Below are positions 1-9,370 of a stretch of DNA of 64,000 nucleotides, piece by piece. Within the stretch, counting starts at the first letter, position 1. Every line of letters starts with the position of its first letter. A program made the position numbers and the translations under genes. The notes beneath the pieces are model-generated. The model saw only the letters and a list, made by a program, of their open reading frames with translations, was not told where the DNA came from and did not search any database. The stretch is from Nitrospirota bacterium (GTDB lineage Bacteria; Nitrospirota; UBA9217): contig OY760142.1 of NCBI GenBank assembly GCA_963663225.1, positions 1,408,001-1,472,000 of the forward strand, read 5' to 3'.

Positions 1-1
1 T

Positions 2-112
2 ACACCACCTTTTGAATTTAGGCTTGAAGATGAAATATATGAATTTCGATTTGCAGATAAAGAATATGCACAAGAGTTCGCCGATCTTAACGGAGTATCC
101 ATAAAGAAATAG
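2..112 (+). CDS. 3' end of a hypothetical protein entering from the left edge (partial)
   Basis: Frame from base 2 reads TPPFEFRLEDEIYEFRFADKEYAQEFADLNGVSIKK and stops at TAG 110-112; protein-like composition. Confidence 0.5.
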   Translation, partial: TPPFEFRLEDEIYEFRFADKEYAQEFADLNGVSIKK

Positions 113-324
113 ACGCATAACATTTCGTTTGATATGGTGTGCGAAAAAAACACTAGCGTGTCAGCCCGGTAGGTGGTCGAATTAATCAATAACATATGCA
201 AAATGCAAATATTCATATAAAATAATCGTGCCGGAAACTTCCTGTAAATTGCAGCTGGACTCAAATAAGCTAAATAGCAGATTATAATCCAAATTCATTA
301 ACGATCTATAACTCAAGACAGTAG

Positions 325-497
325 GTAGGTTGGGCTGAACGTTCTTTGTGAAGCCCAACGAATACATGATGCTGTGAACTCTTACACATAACCATGCGCT
401 ATCGAAGGGCAAATACACCCGGAGCAATATACTTTTCACAATGGTATCGGAAACGAATAAAAACCTGTTGAGCTTCACAATATTCAGCCCAACCTAC
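325..497. repeat. GTAG-type REP doublet (REPIN-like), copy 1
   Basis: GTAG-GTTGGGCT...AGCCCAAC at 325-359 and an inverted copy GTTGAGCT...AGCCCAAC-CTAC at 467-497. Confidence 0.75.
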
Positions 498-676
498 GTT
501 ACTTGAGTTTTCTCTGATGTGATACTTCTTCCTGAAAGTTGTTATCGTTGCATTTCATTGAAACATATAATATTTCAAGCTAATATTTGATAGAATCTAA
601 ACTAAAAATACCGAATCCGAACCGAATCCTATGGCGTTCATAGACATTTATTTAGCGCAGGCATATATTTTGCCAG

Positions 677-1117
677 ATGAGGTTTGGACCAAATAATGAT
701 TCCTGCATATTGACGATGACTAAAAAGATATTTATCGATAAAGGCGGATACATTCAAGAACGTGTAGAGAATGACAACTCCAGACTTGTTCCATTCCCGG
801 TTTGCCTTGCCATTAAGTACGGGGATAGTGTGTCTGCAGAGTGTCCCGACTTCATTCTAAGTACCGACGAATCGTGGGTATTCGTGAACACAGATATACC
901 CCTGTCCGAAGGAACGCGAGTTCTGATTCATTTTTATGTTCCACCGGAAATTAAATTGCTAGCTGAAATACCAGGCACGGTATCGACTCCGAATTTGGAT
1001 AATTCAGCATATCCAAAAGGAGTTCTGGTAAAATTTAGCGCTGTTTCTCGCAAGACGATCAAACTCCTAGAAGGTTATATTGAAGGGAAAAAGCTTTTAA
1101 TCGATAAAAAAGCATAG
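677..1117 (+). CDS. Degenerate PilZ-like domain protein (start may be 716)
   Basis: PilZ-type pattern (VFVNTDIPLSEGTRVLIHFYVP...IPGTV...KGVLVKF); RxxxR and D/NxSxxG motifs are not intact. Confidence 0.6.
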   Translation: MRFGPNNDSCILTMTKKIFIDKGGYIQERVENDNSRLVPFPVCLAIKYGDSVSAECPDFILSTDESWVFVNTDIPLSEGTRVLIHFYVPPEIKLLAEIPGTVSTPNLDNSAYPKGVLVKFSAVSRKTIKLLEGYIEGKKLLIDKKA

Positions 1118-1182
1118 CGACAATTTCTTCCTGTAGAAGTGATTTTTTAAATCCTAAGAAGAGTGAGTAGTACAACCAGTCG

Positions 1183-1300
1183 GTAGGTCGGGTAGAGCAG
1201 AACGAAACCCGACAGTTTTGATTATGGTATCGGCGCAGAATATGAAAACTAACAAGACATAAAAAAGACGTTGGGTTTCACGTTGTTCTACCCAAACTAC
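1183..1300. repeat. GTAG-type REP doublet (REPIN-like), copy 2
   Basis: GTAG-GTCGGGT...ACCCGAC at 1183-1213 and inverted GTTGGGT...ACCCAAA-CTAC at 1270-1300. Confidence 0.75.
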
Positions 1301-1472
1301 TAACTTTCTCTCGAGAAACAGAAAAGGCTCAAGGAGCAGGTGGGACGGTAATAAGAAGTGTTTCCTCGCGATCAACGAGTCGCTGCACAGTTCAATTAGT
1401 TCTGCGTTGAGATGAACCCGCAGAATGAAGTTAGAAAAAAAGATTAAGAATAAAACGATTCCATCTTTTTTC

Positions 1473-1502
1473 TTGACATCTACTACATATTGAGTTTAAA
1501 TT
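1473..1502 (+). promoter_or_regulatory. Sigma70-type promoter for riboswitch-metE-nrdD-nrdG
   Basis: TTGACA at 1473-1478, then TTAAAT/TAAATT at 1496-1502. Confidence 0.6.
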
Positions 1503-1526
1503 AAGCCACTATACAATATAGTGTAT
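1480..1526. promoter_or_regulatory. Tandem NrdR-like boxes
   Basis: ctaCtAcATaTtGagt (1480-1495) and ataCaAtATagtGtat (1511-1526) match consensus acaCwAtATaTwGtgt; starts are 31 bp apart; they overlap the promoter; nrdD lies downstream. Confidence 0.7.
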
Positions 1527-1619
1527 TATTGCTTCTAGATTCTAGCTACAATCTCAGCTAAAAAGGAGGTGATATTCCTTTAGAACTGAACTGTTGAAAT
1601 GAAATGCTGTACAGCTGAA

Positions 1620-1774
1620 CCGATTGGATGTTAGGGAAGAAGAGTGTAATTCTCTCGCTGCCCCGCAGCCGTAAAGGGAACGAAAGCCCAACCAGACGCC
1701 ACTGTCACGGGTCATACCGTGATGGGAAGGCGGGTGAGTAGGATGCCCTGAGCCGGAAGACCTGTCCTAGTCGG
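1620..1774 (+). ncRNA. Cobalamin (B12) riboswitch
   Basis: Conserved blocks AGGGAA, GCTGCCCCGCAGCCGTAA, GCCACTG, GGGAAGG and B12 box GAGCCGGAAGACCTG; closing stem ccgattgg/ctagtcgg; upstream of B12-independent enzymes. Confidence 0.92.
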
Positions 1775-1813
1775 AACCCAACTTAAATCGTGATTTTTCC
1801 CGAGGGAGGAAAG

Positions 1814-1927
1814 ATGAACAAACTATCTTGCCAAAAGTGTTATTCCTTACTGCTTCGAAATCCAGTTTTCCATGCCGCTGCTTCTGTCTCGCCAAGCACT
1901 GTTAAACCAGATATCCATATGGCGTAG
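1814..1927 (+). CDS. 37-aa upstream ORF after the riboswitch (MNKLSCQKCYSLLLRNPVFHAAASVSPSTVKPDIHMA)
   Basis: ATG follows GGGAGGA, which lies in a ttttcc-cgag-ggagga hairpin; below the ORF-track cutoff. Confidence 0.4.
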   Translation: MNKLSCQKCYSLLLRNPVFHAAASVSPSTVKPDIHMA

Positions 1928-1953
1928 CTGAGATTGCGCTAGATCGCGCGTAG

Positions 1954-2010
1954 TCCGGTTGCCAAGATGCTGTAATTTTTTACAGTGGAAAGCGGTGAGC
2001 GGGTTTTTTT
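1954..2010 (+). terminator. Candidate attenuator/terminator in the metE leader
   Basis: tccggttgcc pairs with ggtgagcggg (9/10 including G-U), followed by T7; inner ctgtaa/ttacag hairpin. Confidence 0.45.
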
Positions 2011-2062
2011 GAGAAACACTAAGCAGCAGACATGATAATTAAACAAAACTGGAGGATTTGAG

Positions 2063-4222
2063 ATGAAAACATATGCTTATGGATTACCCCGGCTTGGTCA
2101 GCACAGAGAGTATAAAAAAGCAATCGAGGCTCTGTGGAAAGGTACAATCAATGAAAAAAAGACCATTAGTATTTTATCCGAAATTCAAAACGACAATATA
2201 GCATTGTATAAGAAAAATGTAGATATGTTCCCTGACGGGGAAATGACTTTTTATGATCCCATGCTTGATACGGCTATAATGTGCGGCGTCTATGACCCTC
2301 AGAGTTTACCTGAATATTATGGGCTCTGTCGCGGACAGAATGCCCTGGAAATGACAAAATGGTTCAACACAAACTACCATTATCTGGTTCCAGATTTCAG
2401 CAATATAAAAACACCGTCGTTTAAGTCAAACAGCAAAAATCCCATTCTCCAATTCAAACAAAGTCAATTTCCACATTTGATAGGGCCTTTTACGTTTCTC
2501 AAACTGGCCAGAGGGCTTGATAAAAAGAATTTCCGAATTTTTTTCATGGAGCTGATAAAGGTATATGAAGAAATTCTCTTTGATTATGAAAAGGTTCAGA
2601 TTGATGAGCCAGCCTTCGTCATGGATGTTGAGCGATACGAAGTCGATTTGCTTAACGAAGGGTACCAACTGCTGGAGGCGTCCGAATGCAAAATAACGCT
2701 TATGACCTATTACGATTCCGTGGATTTTATGGAGGACCTGCTGTCTCTTCCTGTTTCTGCAATAGGCATTGACTTCGTGCGAGGTGGGGCAAGCTATGAA
2801 TACATCATGCAGAACGGTTTTCCGGGAGACAAAACCCTCATTGCAGGGCTGGTGAATGGACGCAATATTTGAAAAAATGATATCAGCACTACGGTTGCAA
2901 GGTTAAAAAGACTTGCCGGTAAAGCATCGAATCTTATGATTTCTAACGCAGCACCACTGTACCATTTGCCGGTTTCCATTTTTTATGAAAACAAGCTTGA
3001 TGAAAATTTAAAAAAATGCCTCTCTTTTGCCGTGGAGAAACTGGAAGAAATCCGGCTGGCAGGTGAATGTTATGAAGGAAAAGAAATCCCTCACAAGGCG
3101 GCATGGGGAAATTTCGGCAGCGATGAAGAGGTCCGTAAGCGAGTGACTTCGCTGGGTGAAGATGATTTTATAAAAAAGACTAAGCTTGAAGCAAGAAGAA
3201 AGCTGCACGAGAGCATATTGCAATTGCCGGTATTTCCGACGACGACCATCGGCAGCTATCCGCAAACCGCCGAAATCCGCGATAAAAGAGCCGCCTACCG
3301 TGCAGGAAAGTCAACAACAGGGGAATATAAAAAATATATTCAAGGTGAAATCGATAGCGTAATACGATTTCAAGAAGATTTAGGGCTGGATGTCCTGGTG
3401 CATGGAGAGTTCGAGCGAACTGACATGGTCGAGTTTTTTGCCGAAAGACTTTTCGGCATCGCCACGACGCAAAGCGGATGGGTGTTATCATACGGAACCA
3501 GAGCATACCGGCCTCCCATTATTTACGGTGATATCAGCAGACCAGGCCCCATGACGCTTGACGAAGTTACCCATGCGCAATCAAGAACAAAAAAGCCGGT
3601 TAAAGGAATGTTGACTGGAGCGGTCACTATCATCGCCTGGAGCTATTGTCGGGAAGATATTCCTATGTCGGATGTGGCTTATCAGATTTCCCTGGCGCTC
3701 AGAGATGAAATACTTGATTATGAAAAAGCAGGTATAAAAATTGTTCAAGTTGATGAAGCCGCTTTCCGGGAAAAAGCCCCGATAAAGAAGCGCGACTGGG
3801 GCCAGTATTTTAATTGGGCGGTAAAATCATTTAACCTGGCAACGAATACAAATCCGAAAACTCAAATACATACACACATGTGTTACTCGGATTTCAGCGA
3901 GATTCTCCCTTATATCAATCAAATGGATTGTGATGTCATTTCCATTGAGGCAGCCAGAAGCAATGGAAACATTATTTCATCGTTTGAAGGAATAAACTTC
4001 AAGCGTCAGATCGGGATCGGGGTATGGGATATCCATTCGTCAGCTGTTCCTTCTGTCGAGAAAATGATTACTGTTGTCAGGAGATCCTTGCTTAATATTC
4101 CGAAAAACAATTTTTGGCTGAATCCCGACTGTGGGTTAAAAACGCGGGAGTGGCCGGAAACGAAGGAGGCATTACGCAATCTTATGGAAGCATCCAGACG
4201 ATTGCGATCAACTTATTCATAG
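2063..4222 (+). pseudogene. metE: Cobalamin-independent methionine synthase interrupted by one in-frame TGA (2870-2872)
   Basis: MTKWFNTNYHY, PTTTIGSYPQT, HGEFERTDMVEFF, THMCYS and NPDCGLKT motifs; ORFs 2063-2872 and 2936-4222 share a frame, reading GRNI*KND where GRNIW is conserved. Confidence 0.9.
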
Positions 4223-4240
4223 CCGGAAAAAGGAGGCATT

Positions 4241-6337
4241 ATGTTTCAAAAGATTCTTAAACGAGACGGAACGATGGCAGATTTTGACGCCCGCAAGATA
4301 TCGGATGCGATTGCGAAGGCAGGTGTGGCTAGCGACGAGTTTGATTCTGCTGTGGCAGCAAAGCTGACGTTCAGAGTGCTGAGCATAGCTGAGCAGGCCA
4401 TTGCTACCGATCTTCCTTCGGTTGAAGCGATACAGGACATTGTAGAAGAAGTACTTATTGCATCGCCATACCGGAAGACGGCAAAAGCATATATTATCTA
4501 CCGCGAGCAGCATGCCAGGCTGAGGAACATTGTGGCCAAAGCAAACATTGATTTAGTTGACCAGTATCTCAACCAGATTGATTGGCGGGTAAATGAGAAC
4601 AGCAACATGGCATTTTCCCTTCAAGGGTTGAATAATTATGTTTCCTCAGAAATCAGCAGCAGTTACTGGCTGAATCATATTTATCCATCGGAAATTCGCA
4701 ATGCTCATATCGAAGGTGATTTTCACATCCACGACCTGAATTTGCTATCCGTCTACTGCGTCGGATGGGACCTTCATGACCTCCTTATGGAAGGATTCAG
4801 AGGCGTGCCGGGCAAGGTTGAGAGCGGCCCGGCAAAGCACTTAAGGAGCGCACTCGGCCAGGTTGTCAATTTTTTTTACACGCTTCAGGGCGAGGCTGCG
4901 GGAGCCCAGGCTTTTTCCAATTTTGACACACTGCTGGCTCCGTTTATACGGTACGACGGGCTCGACTTTAACGAAGTAAAGCAGGCTCTTCAGGAATTTG
5001 TCTTCAATGTCAATGTCCCGACCCGGGTGGGTTTTCAGACGCCGTTTACGAATGTGTCTTTTGACCTGGAAGTGCCTCGAACATTTACGAATCAACCCGT
5101 AATTATAGGCGGCAGGGCCCAGAACGAAACATATCGGGAATTTCAAGAGGAGATGAACCTGTTCAACAGGGCGTTTCTTGAGGTCATGTTCGAGGGAGAC
5201 GCCGGCGGCCGGGTGTTCACGTTCCCGATACCGACCTATAATATCACGAAGGATTTTCATTGGGATAACAAACAACTCGACATCTTGTGGAAGGTGACCG
5301 CGCGATATGGTGTGCCGTATTTCTCAAACTTTGTGAATTCAGACATGGCCCCGGAAGATGCACGCTCCATGTGCTGCCGTTTGCGGCTTGATAACCGTGA
5401 ACTCCGCAAGCGAGGCGGAGGATTGTTCGGTTCAAGTCCTCTTACCGGGTCAATCGGTGTTGTGACGATCAATATGCCGCGGTTGGGCTACTTGTCCGGC
5501 AGCCAGGACGAATTCATCACGCTGCTCGACAAAAAGCTGGTCCTTGCAAAATCAAGCCTTGAAATAAAAAGAAAAGTGCTGGAGCGCTTTACAGAAGGAA
5601 ACCTGTATCCATATGCGAAGCATTATTTACGCGACGTTCGCCGTCGCTCAGGAAAGTACTGGATGAACCATTTCTCGACCATCGGGTTAGTGGGCATGAA
5701 TGAAGCGTGCGAGAACTTGTTTGGTAAAAACATCGGGTCTGAAGAAGGTCGGCATTTTGCCGTCAGAGTTCTGGATTACATGAGGCAAAGACTGGTTGAT
5801 TTTCAGGAAGAAACTGAAAATTATTATAACCTGGAAGCCACCCCTGCAGAAGGAACAAGTTACCGCCTCGCGCGGCTCGATGTGGAGCGTTTTCCAGGAA
5901 TCATGTGCACAAACCGGCGAGGACAGGAGTCGGGAATCTCGCCGTTTTATACGAATTCTTCTCAGCTGCCAGTAAACTATACCGATGATATTTTCGAATT
6001 TCTCGATCTTCAGGACGAAATCCAGTCGAAATATACGGGTGGAACGGTACTGCATATCTTTGCGGGCGAGCGTGTCAAGGAGCATGAAGTGATTAAAAAC
6101 CTCGTGCGCAAAGTATGTGAAAACTATCGCCTTCCCTATTTTACATTTACGCCGACGTTCTCCATTTGTCCCGAACATAATTATCTTGCCGGTGAACAGA
6201 ATGAGTGCCCTATATGTGGCAGAAAAACAGAGGTTTATTCGCGTGTTGTCGGCTATTTGCGGCCGGTCGCCCAGTGGAACAAGGGCAAACAGGAAGAATT
6301 CAAGTACCGAAAGGAATTTTCCATCACATGCTCATAG
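4241..6337 (+). CDS. nrdD: Class III anaerobic ribonucleoside-triphosphate reductase with ATP cone
   Basis: N-terminal ILKRDG ATP cone, HIHDL, SMCCRL, EATPAE and the YSRVVGYLRPV glycyl-radical motif. Confidence 0.95.
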   Translation: MFQKILKRDGTMADFDARKISDAIAKAGVASDEFDSAVAAKLTFRVLSIAEQAIATDLPSVEAIQDIVEEVLIASPYRKTAKAYIIYREQHARLRNIVAKANIDLVDQYLNQIDWRVNENSNMAFSLQGLNNYVSSEISSSYWLNHIYPSEIRNAHIEGDFHIHDLNLLSVYCVGWDLHDLLMEGFRGVPGKVESGPAKHLRSALGQVVNFFYTLQGEAAGAQAFSNFDTLLAPFIRYDGLDFNEVKQALQEFVFNVNVPTRVGFQTPFTNVSFDLEVPRTFTNQPVIIGGRAQNETYREFQEEMNLFNRAFLEVMFEGDAGGRVFTFPIPTYNITKDFHWDNKQLDILWKVTARYGVPYFSNFVNSDMAPEDARSMCCRLRLDNRELRKRGGGLFGSSPLTGSIGVVTINMPRLGYLSGSQDEFITLLDKKLVLAKSSLEIKRKVLERFTEGNLYPYAKHYLRDVRRRSGKYWMNHFSTIGLVGMNEACENLFGKNIGSEEGRHFAVRVLDYMRQRLVDFQEETENYYNLEATPAEGTSYRLARLDVERFPGIMCTNRRGQESGISPFYTNSSQLPVNYTDDIFEFLDLQDEIQSKYTGGTVLHIFAGERVKEHEVIKNLVRKVCENYRLPYFTFTPTFSICPEHNYLAGEQNECPICGRKTEVYSRVVGYLRPVAQWNKGKQEEFKYRKEFSITCS

Positions 6338-6478
6338 ACGGGCCTCAAAAATGGCTACGAAAGTCGTGAAAATAGTGAGATTACAAGGAAGAAAACCCGA
6401 GAAGAACGAATAGAGATAGGTTATTAGCAGAGGCATGAGAAGAATACGAACGGAACTCCGATGGAGGAAGCAGGTACT

Positions 6479-6874
6479 ATGAAGAAACTCATTTTAAGTT
6501 TTGCTGTTTCCCTTATATTGTTGTCAGGCTGTGCTGTGCCTATCATTGTAGGCGCAGGACTGGGAGCAGGGACCGTTGTATATATCAAAGGGTGGCTGGA
6601 GGAGAGCATATCTCACCCTGTCCTCGCAACTTATCAAGCGACATTAAGCGCCTTAAAAGATATGAGGCTCTTAATTATGGAAAAACGAGGTGATATGGCC
6701 ACAGCAAATATTAAAGCAATATTCTCTGATGATAAGCATGTATGGATCGAAATGGAGGCTGTGGGAACCGATGCTTGCACTCTTAAAATCAGAGTCGGAA
6801 CCTTCGGTGATGAACAGCGATCCAGAATGATTTTATCTGAAATTAGGAAGCGGTTGTCTAATAAGCATGAATAA
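6479..6874 (+). CDS. Lipoprotein, DUF3568-like
   Basis: Lipobox LLSGC, Gly-rich GAGLGAG and the C-terminal IRVGTFGDE..S..IL pattern. Confidence 0.7.
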   Translation: MKKLILSFAVSLILLSGCAVPIIVGAGLGAGTVVYIKGWLEESISHPVLATYQATLSALKDMRLLIMEKRGDMATANIKAIFSDDKHVWIEMEAVGTDACTLKIRVGTFGDEQRSRMILSEIRKRLSNKHE

Positions 6875-6990
6875 ATAAAATATGCAGGCAAATGAAAGGC
6901 GCAAGTACAATGACGGATCACAAGATTTCCAATATCTAATCTGGGCTCCAAGCGGCAATTTTCATATTTAAGGAAGGAATTCATTGCTCC

Positions 6991-7596
6991 ATGCTCATAG
7001 GTGGACTGCAAAAATGTTCATTGGTCGATTATCCGGGAAAAGTCAGCGCTGTCGTGTTTACCCAGGGCTGCAATTTCCGGTGCCCCTATTGCCATAATCC
7101 CGCACTTGTGTATCCATCCGAATATACGACACCGATTCCGGAAGACGAGGTGTTGTTTTTTTTACAGAAAAGACGGTTTTTGCTCGATGGTGTGGTGATA
7201 AGCGGCGGAGAGGCGCTTCTGCAGGAAGATTTGATCGGTTTTTTGAAGCATATAAAAGCATTGGGGTATCCGGTTAAATTGGATACCAATGGCAGCCGGC
7301 CGGATGAGTTGAATAAAGCCATTAGAGAAAAATGTATTGATTACGTTGCAATGGATATTAAAGCTCCATTTTATAAGTATTCGATAGTGGCAGGTGTGAA
7401 GGTTGATATCGATGCCATACAAGAAAGTATCACTGCTATTATACGATCTGGCCTAAATTATCAATTTAGAACTACCAACGCAAAAAATTTCTTAGACGAA
7501 AAAGATATAGAACTGATTCGTGAATATACCGGTAGAACAGAAAGTTACGTTGTCCAAGAGATGAACCCTTATGCTAAATTTAAAAGGATTGAATGA
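6991..7596 (+). CDS. nrdG: Anaerobic RNR activating enzyme (radical SAM)
   Basis: SLVDYPG, GCNFRCPYCHN, ISGGE, KLDTNG; close to nrdD. Confidence 0.92.
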   Translation: MLIGGLQKCSLVDYPGKVSAVVFTQGCNFRCPYCHNPALVYPSEYTTPIPEDEVLFFLQKRRFLLDGVVISGGEALLQEDLIGFLKHIKALGYPVKLDTNGSRPDELNKAIREKCIDYVAMDIKAPFYKYSIVAGVKVDIDAIQESITAIIRSGLNYQFRTTNAKNFLDEKDIELIREYTGRTESYVVQEMNPYAKFKRIE

Positions 7597-7800
7597 CGAA
7601 CGAGAATCTTAATTGTGATATCATAGCATGCAAATCCTTAGATTAAAGCTAGGCGCTGCGGGCAGATTGCCGCAATTCTCTATCTTAGTTGTAGCGTTTC
7701 AAATGAAGATTTCGCATCTCTTTGCTGTATCCTGGTTGCCGGAGTCAGTATACAAAAGTACCATTCGCTGCTGTTTCTGCGCACGTGTTTCTTCCTGCCG

Positions 7801-7829
7801 TTGACTCCTGCAGCCGTCACTGCTACCAT
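7801..7829 (+). promoter_or_regulatory. Sigma70-type promoter
   Basis: TTGACT-17-TACCAT with an extended TG. Confidence 0.45.
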
Positions 7830-7933
7830 TGTAAAGAGAGACGAAAGCGGGAAAACACGGTTGCCTGATGATCAGGGCAATGGGAGACAGCGCCATGCAT
7901 GAGTTGATGAAACACCGTGAAAATAAACGAACC

Positions 7934-9181
7934 ATGCGCAATCTGTTCCTTAAACTTCTTGCCCTCCTGCTTACAACAGGATTGTTACTTTCCTGCGGCG
8001 GCAGCTCCGGCAGCACGACGCCTACGCCTGGTCGACCCGCGGCGGCGGGAGATCTCGTTTCGTGGTCATGGGCCATAACGCTCGATACAACCTCCCTGAA
8101 TGCGGCGATCATTGCCGCGGGGATGATCGGATTTACCGCGGTGTCCGATGTGTCCTGCTACAAGCTTACCTATAAAACACCGAACGCCTCGGCCGCACTC
8201 ATCAATGCTTCCGGGCTCGTATGCCTGCCCGCCACCCGGAGCGGAGGCCGTCCGGTGTTGAGCTACCAGCACGGAACGATCTTTCAGGATTCCGATGCGC
8301 CTTCCAGTTTTAGCACAAGCTCCGAAGGTCTGCTGGGCGCGGTCTTCGCGGCGATCGGGTACATCGTGGTGATGCCCGACTATATCGGCTACGGCGATTC
8401 GACGGCCTTGATGCATCCCTTTGTTCATGCCGCAACGCTCGCGTCCGCAACCGTTGATATGAACCGCGCCGCGCGGGTGTTTTTCACGCAACCGGGCATC
8501 AGCACGGTGACGAACGGCCAGCTGTTTCTCGCGGGCTATTCCGAGGGAGGGTACGCAACGCTCGCGACGCAGCGATTGATGGAGCAGAGTTTGAGCGCGG
8601 AGTTTCCGATCACCGCCTCGGAACCGGGCGCAGGCCCCTATGACCTGTCGAGCACGGCCCACACCATGCTGGGATTCGCGACGCTGCCGCAGCCTGCATT
8701 TCCCGGATTTTTTCTTGTTGCCTACGATTCCCTTTACAACCTGCCGAGCCAGCTCGCGTATTACTTTGCCCCCGCCTACGCACCGGTTGTCGCCGCCTAT
8801 TTCGGAGGAAGCTACAGCAGGAGCCAGATCACTGCCGCGCTCGGAGGATCGAATGTCCCGACGTCCACATTGTTCAATCCCGTGTTTATTGCGAGCTTCC
8901 TGGGGACGGGCGAGACCGCGCTCAAGGCGCATATTGCTGAAAATAATATCTACAACTGGGCGCCTGCCGTGCCCACACGTCTGTTCCATGGCCAGGACGA
9001 CGACATCGTCCCCTATGCCAACACGACGACTGCCAAAAACGCCATGGACAGCAACGGATCGACCAGCGTGACGGTGGTTAATTGCAATGCCGGGACATTG
9101 CCCACAACGCACAACAACTGCATCGAACCTTTTGGCATTGATGTCGTCATCTATTTCAACACCCTTGCTACGGGGCTCTGA
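7934..9181 (+). CDS. Alpha/beta-hydrolase lipoprotein (secretory lipase family)
   Basis: Lipobox LLSC; YQHGT, PDYIGYG, GYSEGG nucleophile elbow, LFHGQDDDIVP. Confidence 0.85.
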   Translation: MRNLFLKLLALLLTTGLLLSCGGSSGSTTPTPGRPAAAGDLVSWSWAITLDTTSLNAAIIAAGMIGFTAVSDVSCYKLTYKTPNASAALINASGLVCLPATRSGGRPVLSYQHGTIFQDSDAPSSFSTSSEGLLGAVFAAIGYIVVMPDYIGYGDSTALMHPFVHAATLASATVDMNRAARVFFTQPGISTVTNGQLFLAGYSEGGYATLATQRLMEQSLSAEFPITASEPGAGPYDLSSTAHTMLGFATLPQPAFPGFFLVAYDSLYNLPSQLAYYFAPAYAPVVAAYFGGSYSRSQITAALGGSNVPTSTLFNPVFIASFLGTGETALKAHIAENNIYNWAPAVPTRLFHGQDDDIVPYANTTTAKNAMDSNGSTSVTVVNCNAGTLPTTHNNCIEPFGIDVVIYFNTLATGL

Positions 9182-9281
9182 ACAGATCATCAGTCTGCGC
9201 TGAATATTGCAGGTGGATTCTATAAGCTGCGGACATATGAGCAGACTTATTTTTAATATGCCAACATTAATTATGTATAGG

Positions 9282-9310
9282 TTGCAGTCAATTGTTTATT
9301 TGGCTATAAT
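9282..9310 (+). promoter_or_regulatory. Sigma70-type promoter
   Basis: TTGCAG-17-TATAAT upstream of 9371. Confidence 0.5.
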
Positions 9311-9370
9311 ATCGGTGCTCAAAATATGGGAATCGGGCGTTTTCAAAATAAAAAAGTGTAAGGAGGCGAA

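Noticed and set aside
182-478. 98-aa minus-strand ORF (and 1154-1375)
   Set aside because: Both run through REP palindromes; peptides such as VGFRSALPDL are repeat translations.
2870-2872. Selenocysteine or genetic-code reassignment at the metE TGA
   Set aside because: The position is a conserved Trp, not Cys; no SECIS-like hairpin follows; many genes here use TGA as stop.
6351-6413. Short ORF MATKVVKIVRLQGRKPEKNE after nrdD
   Set aside because: No SD and no recognisable motif.
7614-7629. CRP-like site TGTGA-N6-AGCAT
   Set aside because: The second half-site is poor and the local Crp-like protein lacks the canonical recognition helix.
8066-9190. 374-aa antisense ORF, and similar long shadows over parE, trp, glyA and the CoA cluster
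   Set aside because: Antisense shadows of GC-rich genes, with no motifs or SD.
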